A stretch of DNA of 64,000 nt. It comes from Zygnema circumcarinatum SAG 698-1b (lineage: Eukaryota > Plantae > Zygnematophyceae). The position numbers and the translations under genes are program-made. Each line of letters opens with the position of its first letter. Within the stretch, counting starts at the first letter, position 1. This document shows positions 13,923 through 25,622 of the stretch, in pieces. The stretch spans positions 2,542,001 through 2,606,000 of the forward strand of contig CM074811.1 in assembly GCA_037447605.1 (NCBI GenBank), given 5' to 3'. A model generated the notes under the pieces. It had not been told where the DNA came from and did not search any database. It saw only the letters and a list, made by a program, of their open reading frames with translations.

Positions 13923-16071
13923 TCACCCAGCCATGTAGGTTTCCTCCGTTGTCTCTCCTCCATTCCACGACCCATTTCCTTCTACTGCAGACTCCTTCAC
14001 ATCGAACCCCTTCGCCTGTCCACCTACAAAGTCCGCTACTGTGAGGGAGCTCTCTGCCTTCACCTCTCCTCCACCTACTCCTATTCCACCTCCGAATCCC
14101 AACCTCTCCTGCTGCTTTCTCATCTCCAATATTCTTCGGTGCGAATTCGAATGTTTGTGACTCTCATATCCCGGACTTCCCGCAGGTCGATACTCCGGTA
14201 ATAACCGCCCTGATTTGAACCGAACTCCACATGCATTACAGAGGGTTTTAGGACCCAAAGGCCCCGCCCTCCATTGCGGAGTCTTAGTGCTTTCACAGTG
14301 ACTGCACCTCCTCCCACTTGCACTCTCTCCCACACCCCCTCCCTTACTCCCTATTCTCTTCATCCCTCCCACCTTCCCCCCTCCCACCATCGTCCCACTC
14401 CCCTTCCCTCCCACCTTCCAGCTTGAACCCCTTGACTCCTCGAACACATCGTCCCCTCCTCCCGCACCTCCGCAACTATCTTCCGAAACTGCGGGAGAAC
14501 TCGACGAAGATCTGATCATGGGATCCGAAAAAACTCCACCGATTCTTTCCACATCCGAATTGCCTCTTCTGAGAAGTGATTCCGAAGTTTCAAGGCTGCC
14601 GAGAAGGTCACTAGAAGACCAAGCCCGTGACATGACACGCATGCGTTTACTTCGGGCTCGGCCTCGGAAGGAGTACAGCGCGCCTCCCTCGAGGGGGCCG
14701 TCGCCGGTTGGTTCCGGAGCAGAGACATTACTGCTTTCGCCCCCGCCGCCTCCTCTCTCGCTGCTAGAGCGGCCCTGCGCCTCTCTACCTCTCTCTCTAT
14801 CTTCATCTCTCCCTCGCCAGGGAGTGGAGACGGAGGCGAGGGCATGAAGCTGGTCTATGTTCGCACATGCAGCCATCCAGTTTAACTCTGCCAAATTGTC
14901 GTCCTGGAAGGGGGGAGAGGGGGAGAGAGAGAGAGAGAGAAAGAGCAGGAGAGTAGGGAGACGTGGATGAGAATGTGTGAGACGGAAGACGCGATGGACG
15001 GAAAACGGAGGGAAACATCCAAGCCCACAAAAAGGAGACATTTCGCATTGGGCCTCCAATGATCCTGCCTTAAGGAATCCTGTTTCAATGCACGCGTGCA
15101 TGTTTACAACACACACCAGGATGACCTCAGACCGGATATCTTATTCAAATACTTCCCCATATGTGACCTTCCCTTTGATGCATGCATAAATGTGCAAACC
15201 CACCCACCCACGCCCAATCCCCCCCTCCCCAACAACTCCCCCCCCCTCCCTCCCGTACCCACCCCTCAAGCCCCCCCAGCCCCCCTCCCCCCCCCCACCC
15301 CGCCCTTTTTTCTCTCTCACCCTCTCCCCGAAAGCCCATCTCCCAGATGGCTCCCTCACCGGCACGCAGAGCTCCGCCTCCATTCCCCCTCCCTGAAAGA
15401 GTTCTGAAGTGCAGTCAAAGAGGCACATCTCCTCGATGGGCGCCGTCAGCTCTTCAAAGGAATACGACAAAACGTCGGAATCGAAAATGGCCGCCGCCTC
15501 TGCCAGCGCGCCGTCCACGACACAGCGCCCGCCCGCTGCCTCTCCCTCCGCCGCGCTGGGGGGGGCTGGAGGGGCCCCTCCTTCGGACTGCCACATCACA
15601 AAGGCCCTCTCTCGCTAAGTCGGTGTGGGTGGGGTGGGAGGGGGAAAGGGGAGGGGGAGGGGGGGGGGGGGAAGAGAGCAGCCGCTCTCCCTCCATGCAA
15701 AGCCCTCAGTAGCAGCAAGGCTCAGTACCCACCTCAGGCTCCGCCATGGCCGGCTTGGGGGCACAGGTCTGAGGCTCCAGAGAGGCCTTTTGTTCTCCTC
15801 CTGCGGCTGCTGGTGCTGAGGCGGCGGCGATCCCCTCCAGTACAGCGCCTTTCCATGGGTCCTCCATTGAGAGGGCGACGGGGAGGCGAGGAGAGGGTTC
15901 CGGGGGGGAGAGGAGGACGGATCGGAGGGAAGAGACGGTGGTGCAGAGAGAAGACTGCGAGGAGAAGGAGTCGGCGGAGGACTCGGCAGCCATGGCGACA
16001 GGCTGCGAAGGTTCCGCAGAGAAGCACATGCTGCCCACGAGGAGGCTCACAGCGCAGGGTGCGGGGGCCAT
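13923..16071 (-). CDS. Plant class-A GATA zinc-finger transcription factor (about 3 exons; start codon tentative)
   Basis: C-x2-C-x18-C finger [58 protein letters not shown]; spliced ELCVP|[10 protein letters not shown] motif and RARSKR motif typical of subfamily A. Confidence 0.9.
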
Positions 16072-18360
16072 GCTTGCTCGCTCTCTCTCTTCCTCTGCTT
16101 CCTCCTCCCTCTCCCCCTCTCTCCCTCCCTCTCCCTCTGATCGCCCCTCTCTCCCTTCTCTTGCCTCTCTCCCTGGTGCGTGCTGGCGGGTGGGAGAGGG
16201 TGGAAGAGGGTGGGAGAGGGCGAGGAAGGAAGCCGGTGGGGGAGGGCTTCAGGCAGGTAGGGAGGAGAGTGAGCTCGATTTCGCGGATCCGCAGGACGGT
16301 CGCCCCCGGATTCGGTACGGACCGGCGCGCCGGGCGGCAGGTGCGTAATCGACGGCGGACGGTTAAGGTTCTTCAATCGGACGACCCGCATTGGCCCACG
16401 TCCATGGGTGGTTGGGCGGGCGCGATCCGCACGGACCGGCGGCCCCGGGCGGCTGAAATATCGCCGGCGGTAGGCCCCACCACAGTCCCGTGGGGCCCAC
16501 CGTCTTGTCGGCGCCGAAAGCGCGGGGCCGTTCTCGGGCTGCCACGTCACACCGACGACAACAACTGGTCACCACGCGCAGGGGAGAGCGCTGATTGGCC
16601 TATTTCGGCGTGGGTGACACGTGGCGGGTCAGGATTGGGACCTAGGGTCTCCAGTAGCAGGCCGTTGCCGTCTGACAAGCGTCCCCAGATTCCCTCTGGA
16701 CGGCCGGCGGGGGCCCAAACCGGCGACGGAAAATATCCGACTCGGTTGGACCGCAGTCGCGTGACCGGCGTACGGACGGGCGGGAACAGGCCCGTGGGTG
16801 ACCGTACGTTACCGAAGTATCATTTGTTCGTTCGTTCCGTACACCTTTTCTGCGCATGCCAGCTTTAAGTGGTACAAAAAATCGTACGAATAATACGGCA
16901 CCAATGGCCTGCCATCGAGCATGCCATACGGACGGCAGGTCGCGACAGAGTCCGGGCGGGCGGCTGTACGAACCGAGCTGGCCGGCCTATGCGAAGGGAC
17001 TGCTACGCGCCGAATCGGATTCTGACGGCATCAAAGTCAAAAAGGACTCGGCGCAGCTTCCAAGAAACTACTATCCCTACGAAGCCAGCTTTATGTGTCC
17101 TGTTCCGTTTTCCCAACGGCCAACTGTTGGGGTCCGTCCGTTGGACACGGCAGCGTGGTGAGCGCAGGTGTACGATACGCAACAAAGCGCCACGTGGAGG
17201 TGTGTGATTGGGTGATTCTAGTTTCGGTTTTTTTAACGCCGACCTAGCTGGCGCAGGGGCGGTAGGTCGTACGGCTCAGCTGGGGCGAGGAGGACCGCGG
17301 AATATTCGACGGCTGACGGACGAATCGGCGCGCGTTGAAATGGCTCGAAGGGGGCGGACCCCATTGACTGGAGGGGGCGGAAAATGGCGTTCATGCGCCA
17401 TCATCATCATCATGATGCTGCCGGCGGGGGGGGGGCGAGGAGGGGCCGCGGCGGTCAAAGGTCGACGGAGCAGCGTGGAGGGCAACGGGGAAGGTTCGAC
17501 CAGTAACTGTGAGCCACGTGGGGGAAGGCGGGACCCAGAGCCATCGTTCCATGACCGGGTCCGAGCGGTTGTACGGTCCGCCCTTGTTGCAACGTGGTCG
17601 GCCCCCATTTGGCTCTGTGTGTTCCGCAAAATGTCGACGGGCAGGCGATGGCGCGATGGCAGGCCCAGTGGCATGCACAGCGCTTCCGTGTCGCAGGGGT
17701 AACGGCGCCGTTAAACTGACGGAACGGGGGTACTCGACGTAGCCGCACGGAACTAGTACAGCTGAGGACAGTGTACGGTCGCGGTCGGAGGCACGCGCGG
17801 CCTGGTCACCACATCGACCCGGGTTTGGTCCGCAGATAGGGATTTTGCCGCACGAGCGAGAATAAAATTATAGTTGGGCAGTGATAAATCCACTCCTTTT
17901 TTGGATCAACACACCCCTTTTTCGCCGGGCAGATTTTAAAAAGGTTCAAAAACAGAAAATGCTTTTTGCACACCTTTTTGGAATCGATACACACCTTTTC
18001 GGTCGGGCAGATCATATTTGTTGCAAAACAAGGAAAATCATATCCCGTCACCCCATTTTGAATATTTTGAATATTTTGAATATTTTTCTTTCTAAAAAAA
18101 TATCGACCTGCCCGAATCCGCTCGGAGCGAAAGATCGTTGGCCACGAGATCGTTAGCTGGTGGCCGTCCTTGACACGTGCAATGAATCTTCACCGTCGAT
18201 TCTCACGCAGATCGCACCACGACAGATCACTGGCAGCCGGGCTCGGTCCCAGCGAATGGCACGCGCCCACGTGTCATACCAAAGCCGGCTCAAGAGTCGT
18301 ATGGTCGTAGCTTCGAGGAAAGGCGAAATTTCGTAAAAATCAAACATTGAGGGTCTGGAC

Positions 18361-18701
18361 TAGGGATGGCCCGCGTTATAAAGTCCGACTATATTATATA
18401 CTTTACAACGGGTTTAAAAGTAGTAATATAGTACAAAGTAAAACACTTTATTACATATATTATACCCACTCGTTTTGAATAATTAACGACCGTACGACCG
18501 TACTCGTACGGTCATACGGTCGTACCATACCAAAATTAGGGGGTAACTCTACTGCACCCCCGCGTTTTGTCTTTCGCACGTACGACCGTACGACCGTACA
18601 TGTTGTAAAGGCGTTGTAAAGTATTATATAACAGCCGTTATTTAGTCGTCACAGTTATATAATATAATATAGATTATATAGTCGTAATTAAGCCATCCCT
18701 A
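18361..18701. mobile_element. hAT-type MITE, family TAGGGATGG, copy 1
   Basis: TIR TAGGGATGGC...GCCATCCCTA; 8-bp TSD GTCTGGAC (18353-18360, 18702-18709); CGTACGAC subterminal repeats. Confidence 0.9.
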
Positions 18702-18976
18702 GTCTGGACCAAGTAAAATTTACCACGTCAAAAAATGACACGTGACAGATGGTGATTAGTTGCCAGTTGTCAATGGCGAGCCGCAGCAGGCTGGCCGGTC
18801 CAGCTCATAAGTTTGCGGAGATCTCTCGCCGAGGGACGCACGCACTCGCCCGTGCGAGACGGCTTTGGCCGGACACGTAGGCGCGTGCCATTCGCTGGGA
18901 CAGAGCCCGGCAGCAGATCCAACGGTGCTGTCGTCGAGCGAACTGCGAGAGACTCGACGGCGGAAATTCACTGCAT

Positions 18977-19299
18977 TAGGGGGTGTCAGACTTAAAAAAT
19001 TTCAGTACGCGTGTTCGTAAGTTTGACATCCGAACGAGTACTCCAGTATAATCGCGATCCTCCTGCGGCGGAGTACTTTCGTAACCTTTTTTTTCGTAAC
19101 GCTTTTCGTAAGATTTTGTTAAGTCTGACACCCCCTATTAGGGGGTGTCAGACTTAAAAAATTTCAGTACGCGTGTTCGTAAGTTTGACATCAGAACGAG
19201 TACTTCAGTATAATAGCGATCCTCCTGCGGCGGAGTACTTTCGTAACCTTTTTTTTCGTAACGCTTTTCGTAAGATTTTGTTAAGTCTGACACCCCCTA
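18977..19299. mobile_element. Two tandem 161-bp MITEs (18977-19137, 19139-19299) with TIR TAGGGGGTGTCAGACTTAA
   Basis: Near-identical direct copies separated by a single T; each has a 19-bp perfect TIR. Confidence 0.9.
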
Positions 19300-19677
19300 T
19301 TTGTGAAGGACGGCCACCCGCGAACGATCTCGTGGCGGACGGATCTTCCGCTCCGACCGCATTCGGGCAGGCCGATATTTTTTACTCTCAAACAAAAAAA
19401 AATCAGGAGTAAAATCTGCCCGACGAAAAAGGTGTGTATCGATTCCCAAAAGGTGTGAAAAATGCGTTTTCCATTTTTAATCTTTTTTTGTCTATTTTAA
19501 AATCTGCCCTGCGAAAAAAAGGTCTGTGTCTAACAAAAAGGTGTGAATTTACCAGTACCCAATTTTAAATACAGTACAATACCCACCCCTAATATTTTCC
19601 ACCCGAGTATTTTCGTCACCCAATAAATTCGCCCTGATTTTGAGGAAACCACTTTTCTTCGCACTTACTGTAGTCAG

Positions 19678-20259
19678 TAGGGCGTGTCAGACTTAACAAA
19701 ATGTTACGAATATCGAGTTTTTAGTATTACGAGAATCGAGGTTACTAAGTACTAAAAATCATCGCGCCCCCGAACCTAAACCGAACCGAACGGAAGTCAA
19801 CTGTACTAAGTCAACGGGTCAACGTTGCGAAGATTGACCCGGAGGGTTTACTGAAATTGCATTTCTTCGCACGATTTTGTTCAAGACCCAAAAGAGTTTC
19901 AAATGACGCAAGCGTAAGAAAAATAATACTGGCGAGAATCGCGTCAACGTGACGTCATGGTTGTTTTCCCGGCTTCCCACCGGCCAGCGCCCGGCCGTGA
20001 CGCGCAACACGACCTAGCGATAAGCGGTCTCTCCAGCGGCGCCTTGGCCTGGTTCTAAGTTTGGGGAGCCCCTTGTGGTGAAGTTACTTGAGCGACGTTT
20101 GGAGAAGTGCGAAGACGGCGATCGCGGAGTGCGAACAGGACCGCGCCGCGAGTGCGAAAAACTAGGGTCGGGAATTTTAGTTTTACTGATGTTGACTCGA
20201 AATGTTACGAATATCGAGTTTTTAGTATTACTAGAATTTTTTAAGTCTGACACGCCCTA
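19678..20259. mobile_element. Roughly 580-bp member of the TAGGG(G/C)GTGTCAGAC TIR family
   Basis: TIR TAGGGCGTGTCAGACTTAA...TTAAGTCTGACACGCCCTA; inverted homolog of 20272-20874. Confidence 0.85.
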
Positions 20260-20271
20260 GTGTTAATGTAT

Positions 20272-20874
20272 TAGGGGGTGTCAGACTTAAAAAAATCTCG
20301 TAATACTAAAAATTCGATATTCGTAACATTTCGAGTCAACGTCAGTAAAACTAAAATTCTCGAGCGTAATTCTCGGAGTTTTTCGCACTCGCGGCGCTGT
20401 CCTGTTCGCACTCCGCGATCGCCGTCTTCGCACTTCTCCAAACGCCGTCTTCGCAACTTCGCCCTCGCGCGGGGCCCTCAAACTTAGAAACAGCGCCGGC
20501 GCGGCGCGCGGAGACCGCTTGTCGTTGTGTCGTGTTGCGTGTCACGTCGCTGCGCACCGCCAGCATCTCCGGCGCGCGGGCGGGCGGGAAAACAACCATG
20601 ACGTCACGTTGACGCGATTTTCGCCATTCTTTTCTTCGCACGTCCATTTCGGCGCCTCTTTTGGGTTCGAACAAAATCGTGCGAAGAAGTGCCCTTTTTA
20701 GTAAACCCCACGGGTCAATCTTCGCAACGTTGACCCGTTGACTTAGCACAGTTGACTTCCGTTCGGTTCGGTTTAGGTTCGGGGGCGCGATGATTTTTAG
20801 TACTTAGTAACCTCGATTCTCGTAATACTAAAAACTCGATATTCGTAACATTTTGTTAAGTCTGACACCCCCTA
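20272..20874. mobile_element. Roughly 600-bp member of the same TIR family, opposite orientation
   Basis: TIR TAGGGGGTGTCAGACTTAA...TTAAGTCTGACACCCCCTA; internal sequence is the reverse complement of 19678-20259. Confidence 0.85.
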
Positions 20875-21960
20875 TTATGGGGATTAACCTACCTGACCTA
20901 TTTTTCAATGCAAAATCTGTTCATCGAATCGGATTTCAGACATGGGTCACGTCATTCCGCTGTACGGTAAGTACAAATAAAATCTCTAAATCGTACGGTG
21001 TATGTACGGCACCAATAGGAGCTCGCCCTCATGGGCCTAGGGAGCCACAAGAGGAACGGCTCATCAATTTAACTAAACTAAAACCCTGCAAAAATCATCA
21101 GCATCAAAGCGGACCCCGGCTGTTCGGCCCCCTCCCTCGCACGTGCGCCGTCCAGAGAGAGAGAGTGAGAGAGAGTTGGGGGGGGGGGGGGGGGGGGGGG
21201 GNNNNNNNNNNGGGGAATGTGTTTGCAGACGTTGCGCTGGTGGGTGAGAAGGAGAAAACAGGGGGCGGGATATCCAGAACAAGGTGAGTGGGTAGCCAAA
21301 ATGGGAGCGCGAAATTTCCCGACAAGGGGGCGGGATATCCCAAAGGTGGGAGGGGTTATCATTCTCCTACATTTAAGCCTCTTTGTTTGTAAAATATGAT
21401 GAGTTTGCACACTAGTATATAAAGAAAGCAAGCAAATGAGCACATCGTCCTTTGTATGAAGTAGGCTAAACTAGCTTGTAAAATCACTTGGCGGATCGCT
21501 GCCCCTCGCCTGGTGCCCGCAACGCGCTGAACAGTCTCTTTACGAGGCTTTAAGATGCGTTGAATGTCGAATTGGATCTGAAAAACCAACAAAAAATAAC
21601 TTCAAAATTTGAAGCTTACATGAAGCAGCTGCGACACCACAAGATCGGCCATGCAAGACCATGCAGCCGTACGATCCAATCGGACCGCCCCCCTTCGCCG
21701 CGCCTTCCTCCCTCGGCCGCGGTCGCGGCCCCGGCCCCGAGGCCCCCGACACTCGCCGCCGTACGGCGCCGCCAGTCAATGCCGTCAATGACGCCCCAAC
21801 GCGGCATCGCTTTGACCGCGGGGAAGGCGGCACGCGGCGCGGCGGAGAGTGTCGGACCATATGTATATTTAAAGGAGCGCGCTCACGCAAGCAGGCAGCG
21901 CGCCCTCCTCCTCCTCCTCCTCCTGCACGGCTCGCCTCTCCAAGCAGCAACGCGGAGGCG

Positions 21961-23492
21961 ATGAGGAACTATAGGGAGAACGTCTTCTTTAATGTTCTCG
22001 TGGTAGCCATTTCCCTTGCTGCTGTCCACGTGGCGGATGGCCGCCAATTGAGGAACCTCTTAGCTTCCTTCACGCCGGCCTTCACAGAGTGTCCGAGCAG
22101 CCCCCTGGAGTACTGCGATTTCTTCTTCGACGGTTACGAGACGTCGATTCCTGTTATCAGGTAGGTGTCCAGGCCATGGCAGCGAAAAGAAGCCAGGTAG
22201 ACATAATCCAATCAAGCTCAATAGAAGAATATCACACTTGTATGGATTATATTCGTCATCCCGATGATGGGTATGAGCTGTTCCATGCAGCCTGGAGGAG
22301 CAACCCGACACGGCGGTTGGCCCCACCGTGATGGATTCCTCAAACGGAGAGAGCATTGAGGTGGACAGTTCCGGCAACGCTGCCTTCCTCTGCATGGGGA
22401 GGGCAGGGACGAGTGCGGGAAACCAGTTTTATGTCAACGAAGAGCAGGCGCACCTCAAATTCCGCACATTCAACACGGTGAGCATGAAGCGCCACCCTGC
22501 AATAATTCTGACGTCATGCTAGTGGTATTTTATTTTAATACGTTGGGCTTTCTAAGAGGGAAGCAACGTTCATTTGGTGAAGATTCTGACATGATACATG
22601 ACCTCGTCATTGGTACATGCAGCCATCAAAGGCAAACTTTGAGAATGCGTGCATGGTGATCCCCCTTACGGCTCTACGAGTCACAGTCGACGGCGCTCCC
22701 ATCAACCTCAATTGGGGGGACAACAATCAGCAGAAGTATCCTGACTCTCGTCGCTGCCTCGTGTTCACTACCGGCCCTCAAGGCGCCACTGGTGCCGCCT
22801 GCAACTTGACAGATCCATCGCCACCTCCCTCACCCCCTCCGCCACCGTCTCCCCCTCCCTCGCCCCCTCCTTCACCTCCTCCCTCGCCACCTCCTTCACC
22901 CCCTCCCTCGCCACCTCCCTCGCCCCCTCCCTCGCCCCCTCCCTCGCCACCTCCCTCACCTCCTCCCTCGCCCCCTCCCTCCCCCCCTCCCTCTCCTCCT
23001 CCTTTCCCTCCTCCATCACCCCCTCCTCCACCTTCCCCTCCACCCCCTCCTCCACCCTGCATGACCTCGTGCCCAACCACTCCGCTGGAGCTTTGCGACT
23101 TCTACTTTGAAGGCTATGCCACGGAAGTACCTACGTTCAGCCTTTCAACTCCCAACCAGAGCCGCCTGAGCCCCGGCCTCCGCACAAATAAGACGGGATC
23201 AGAGCTCACGGTGGAGGTGGACAGCTCGGGATCAGCCCTCTTCAGAGAGTGTCCTGCGCCGAGCGCGGGTGCAGGCGATCAGTTCTTCCTCAACGGTGAA
23301 GATGCGGTTCTGCACGCACGCACATTCCAAGCCGTGCCTGGTCTGCCCTACTTCCTCGGCCGCTGCGTCCTGCTGCCCATCACGGCGTTAAGAATCCCAT
23401 ATGGAGCCGGCGGCGCATACAATGTGCCGCCGGATGACGAGCAGCTCTTCGAGCCTGCGCGGCAGTGCGTCGTATTCAAAACCATGGCGTAG
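21961..23492 (+). CDS. Secreted chimeric hydroxyproline-rich glycoprotein: two homologous Cys-containing domains flanking a (SPPP)n rod
   Basis: Exons 21961-22160, 22291-22477 and 22623-23492 splice in frame at GT-AG introns. Signal peptide VFFNVLVVAISLAAVHVADG; about 18 SPPP units; domain repeats CPSSPLEYCDFFFDGY..EVDSSG..CLVFTT and CPTTPLELCDFYFEGY..EVDSSG..CVVFKT. Confidence 0.85.
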
Positions 23493-23871
23493 GGGGCAGA
23501 GCCACGGGCTTGCAGGGTGGCTTGTTTCGGTTACGATTCTTGATTGTCCTCCCTTTTGCTGCTTTGTATATAGTACGTAAGAGTGGGCTGTAAGGTTTTG
23601 GTTCTGTAAATTTGCATTTGCTTTAAGGGCGCAGGAGAGTTATTGTACATGTTCTTCTGGATGATTCCCCACCAGATTCATTACTGTAATTCAACTTTGA
23701 TTTCAAAAAAAAAAAAAATGATTTGTGGTCTGATCTGGTTGGGTGACAACGTCAACGTCAAATGAGACTTGCGTTCGAGTCGCAATCTCCATTCTGTACA
23801 TCCTCGTACATTTCCGTACATGTTCGTAGATATGCGTACGGAGTTGTAAATATGTTCTTGCAATAAATTCT

Positions 23872-24456
23872 GGAAAATGATACAGCGGCCCCACTTTTTG
23901 GATATCGGCGCCCCCTTTTGGGAAAAACTGTACTTTTTTTTTTGGCTAATCACCCCCTCCCCTTGGATCTTTCGGGAGGAGAGATCTTGTACACAATCGG
24001 ACCCCGCGCCTCGCGCGCAGGATCCGACCGTGCACCGACGTACGGCGCCGCGCATCGCGGCGTGGCCCGCGAGATGCGGCGAGCCTACGGAAAAGTTGTC
24101 CTCACCTGACCCTATTGGGTCAGAGGTTGCCACGTGGCCGTCTGCCATTGGTTAGCCCTGCTGCCGGTCCCCCATGCCAATGGCAAACGGCCACGTGGCA
24201 ACCTCTGACCCAATAGGGTCAGGTGAGGACAACTTTTCCGTAGGCTCGCCGCATCTCGCGGGCCACGCCGCGATGCGCGGCGCCGTACTTCGGTGCACGG
24301 TCGGATCCTGCGCGCGAGGCGCGGGGTCCGATTGTGTACAAGATCTCTCCTCCCGAAAGATCCAAGGGGGGGGGGTGATTAGCCAAAAAAAAAAGTACAT
24401 TTTTTCCCAAAAGGGGGCGCCGATATCCAAAAAGTGGGGCCGCTGTATCATTTTCC
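23872..24456. mobile_element. Near-perfect fold-back MITE (Mutator-like, long TIRs)
   Basis: Arms of about 280 bp (GGAAAATGATACAGCGG...CCGCTGTATCATTTTCC) around a loop of about 22 bp; 8-bp TSD TAAATTCT (23864-23871, 24457-24464). Confidence 0.9.
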
Positions 24457-25622
24457 TAAATTCTCGACTTTTCATTCGACGTGGCGTTGTCTGATTGGTT
24501 CATTGTCTTATACTCCTTTTTTCCCTCACAATCGATCCAAACAATCCCCTTACCTACAGTAATGATATCCGTACGATCGAACGACCACAAAGCGTTGCCT
24601 CGCAACGCAAGAAAAAACTTCCAAAATAAAGAGTTCGGAAAAAAAAAAAAAAACGAATATACTATTTACGCATTTTTTATGGCTATTCTCACACCTTTTT
24701 GGTTAAATAAAAACCTTAAGAACCCTAAAACCTGAACGGCGAAAAAAGGTGTGAAAACAGCCAAAAAAAGGTGTAAAAATAACCAAAAAAAAGTGTGAAA
24801 ATAGCTTCACAGAAAAAAAACTGGCAAAGTTTATAAAAGGAAAGAAATGTCACGCCCCAAGTGGCTTTGACTATCATCATTTGTCCGTGCCAAAGATGTA
24901 GTGCTAAGCGAGGTGGTAGAAACGAAAACTGTTTTATGGAGACAAGTTCAAGGTGGACGTCGTTCACAACTTGTTGAACATTTGGAAATGGGTGCACTAC
25001 GAGTTCCGTACAGACCTAAAAATCGCGTGTTGAGTGGTGAGGAGCCCGAAATCCGCTAAAACGCTGCACGCCGCCGCCCCTCATGGCAATGGCGAGGAGG
25101 TAGGGAGGGCGGTCGGAGGGACTGTGGAAAGGGGGAAGTAGGGAGGGCTGGCGGTTTCCGTCAGGACAGCCTACTGGTGCCGACCGGGCTATGGGAGAAT
25201 GCGTGGCTTGCTGGCATTATTGGTAGGAGGATTCCTTATATATATATAAAGATATAACAGTGACTCTGGGCTTTGCGCACGAGCACGGAGCGTACTGCTC
25301 GCAAAATATTGGAGTGGAAGGAATACTTAGTGGGCTGCCGCGAGAATACGCTTTGGCTTGCGAGGCATGCATGGCATGCATTCTCGCAGATGGGAAGGAC
25401 GGCGATTTCCAACAGAAGGCGATCGACCCTTTCTCTCTCTCTCCCTCCCTACCTCCCTCCCTCCCTCCCTCCCTCCCGCCCTCCCTCTCGCTCTCTCAGC
25501 CTTCAGCCACGTGTGCCGCCACGCCTTCGATTAATGTACACGTGTCGATCTCAATGAGAAAACCCACAAACTGAAGCAAAAAGCTGCCGCAACCCCACCC
25601 CCCCACCAGCCTACCCCTACCC

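Larger units (their letters stand above)
17876..19560. mobile_element. Degenerate long fold-back (Mutator-like) element hosting nested MITEs
   Basis: About 17876-18292 is the imperfect reverse complement of about 18855-19560 once the 18977-19299 insert is removed (e.g. cccagcgaatggcacgcgcc / ggcgcgtgccattcgctggg). No clean TSD. Confidence 0.65.

Noticed and set aside
15813-16868. 351-aa plus-strand Arg/Gly-rich ORF
   Set aside because: Antisense to the GATA first exon and promoter in GC-rich DNA; no domain signal.
18977-19299. Repeated units that could suggest a CRISPR array
   Set aside because: Eukaryotic context, no unique spacers and no cas genes; they are tandem MITEs.
21178-21215. Long G/C runs next to N blocks (also near 45850 and 63520-63570)
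   Set aside because: Assembly gaps at homopolymers; their lengths are unreliable, so no biological claim is made.
23681-24494. Mirror-image ORFs on both strands
   Set aside because: Produced by the fold-back MITE arms.
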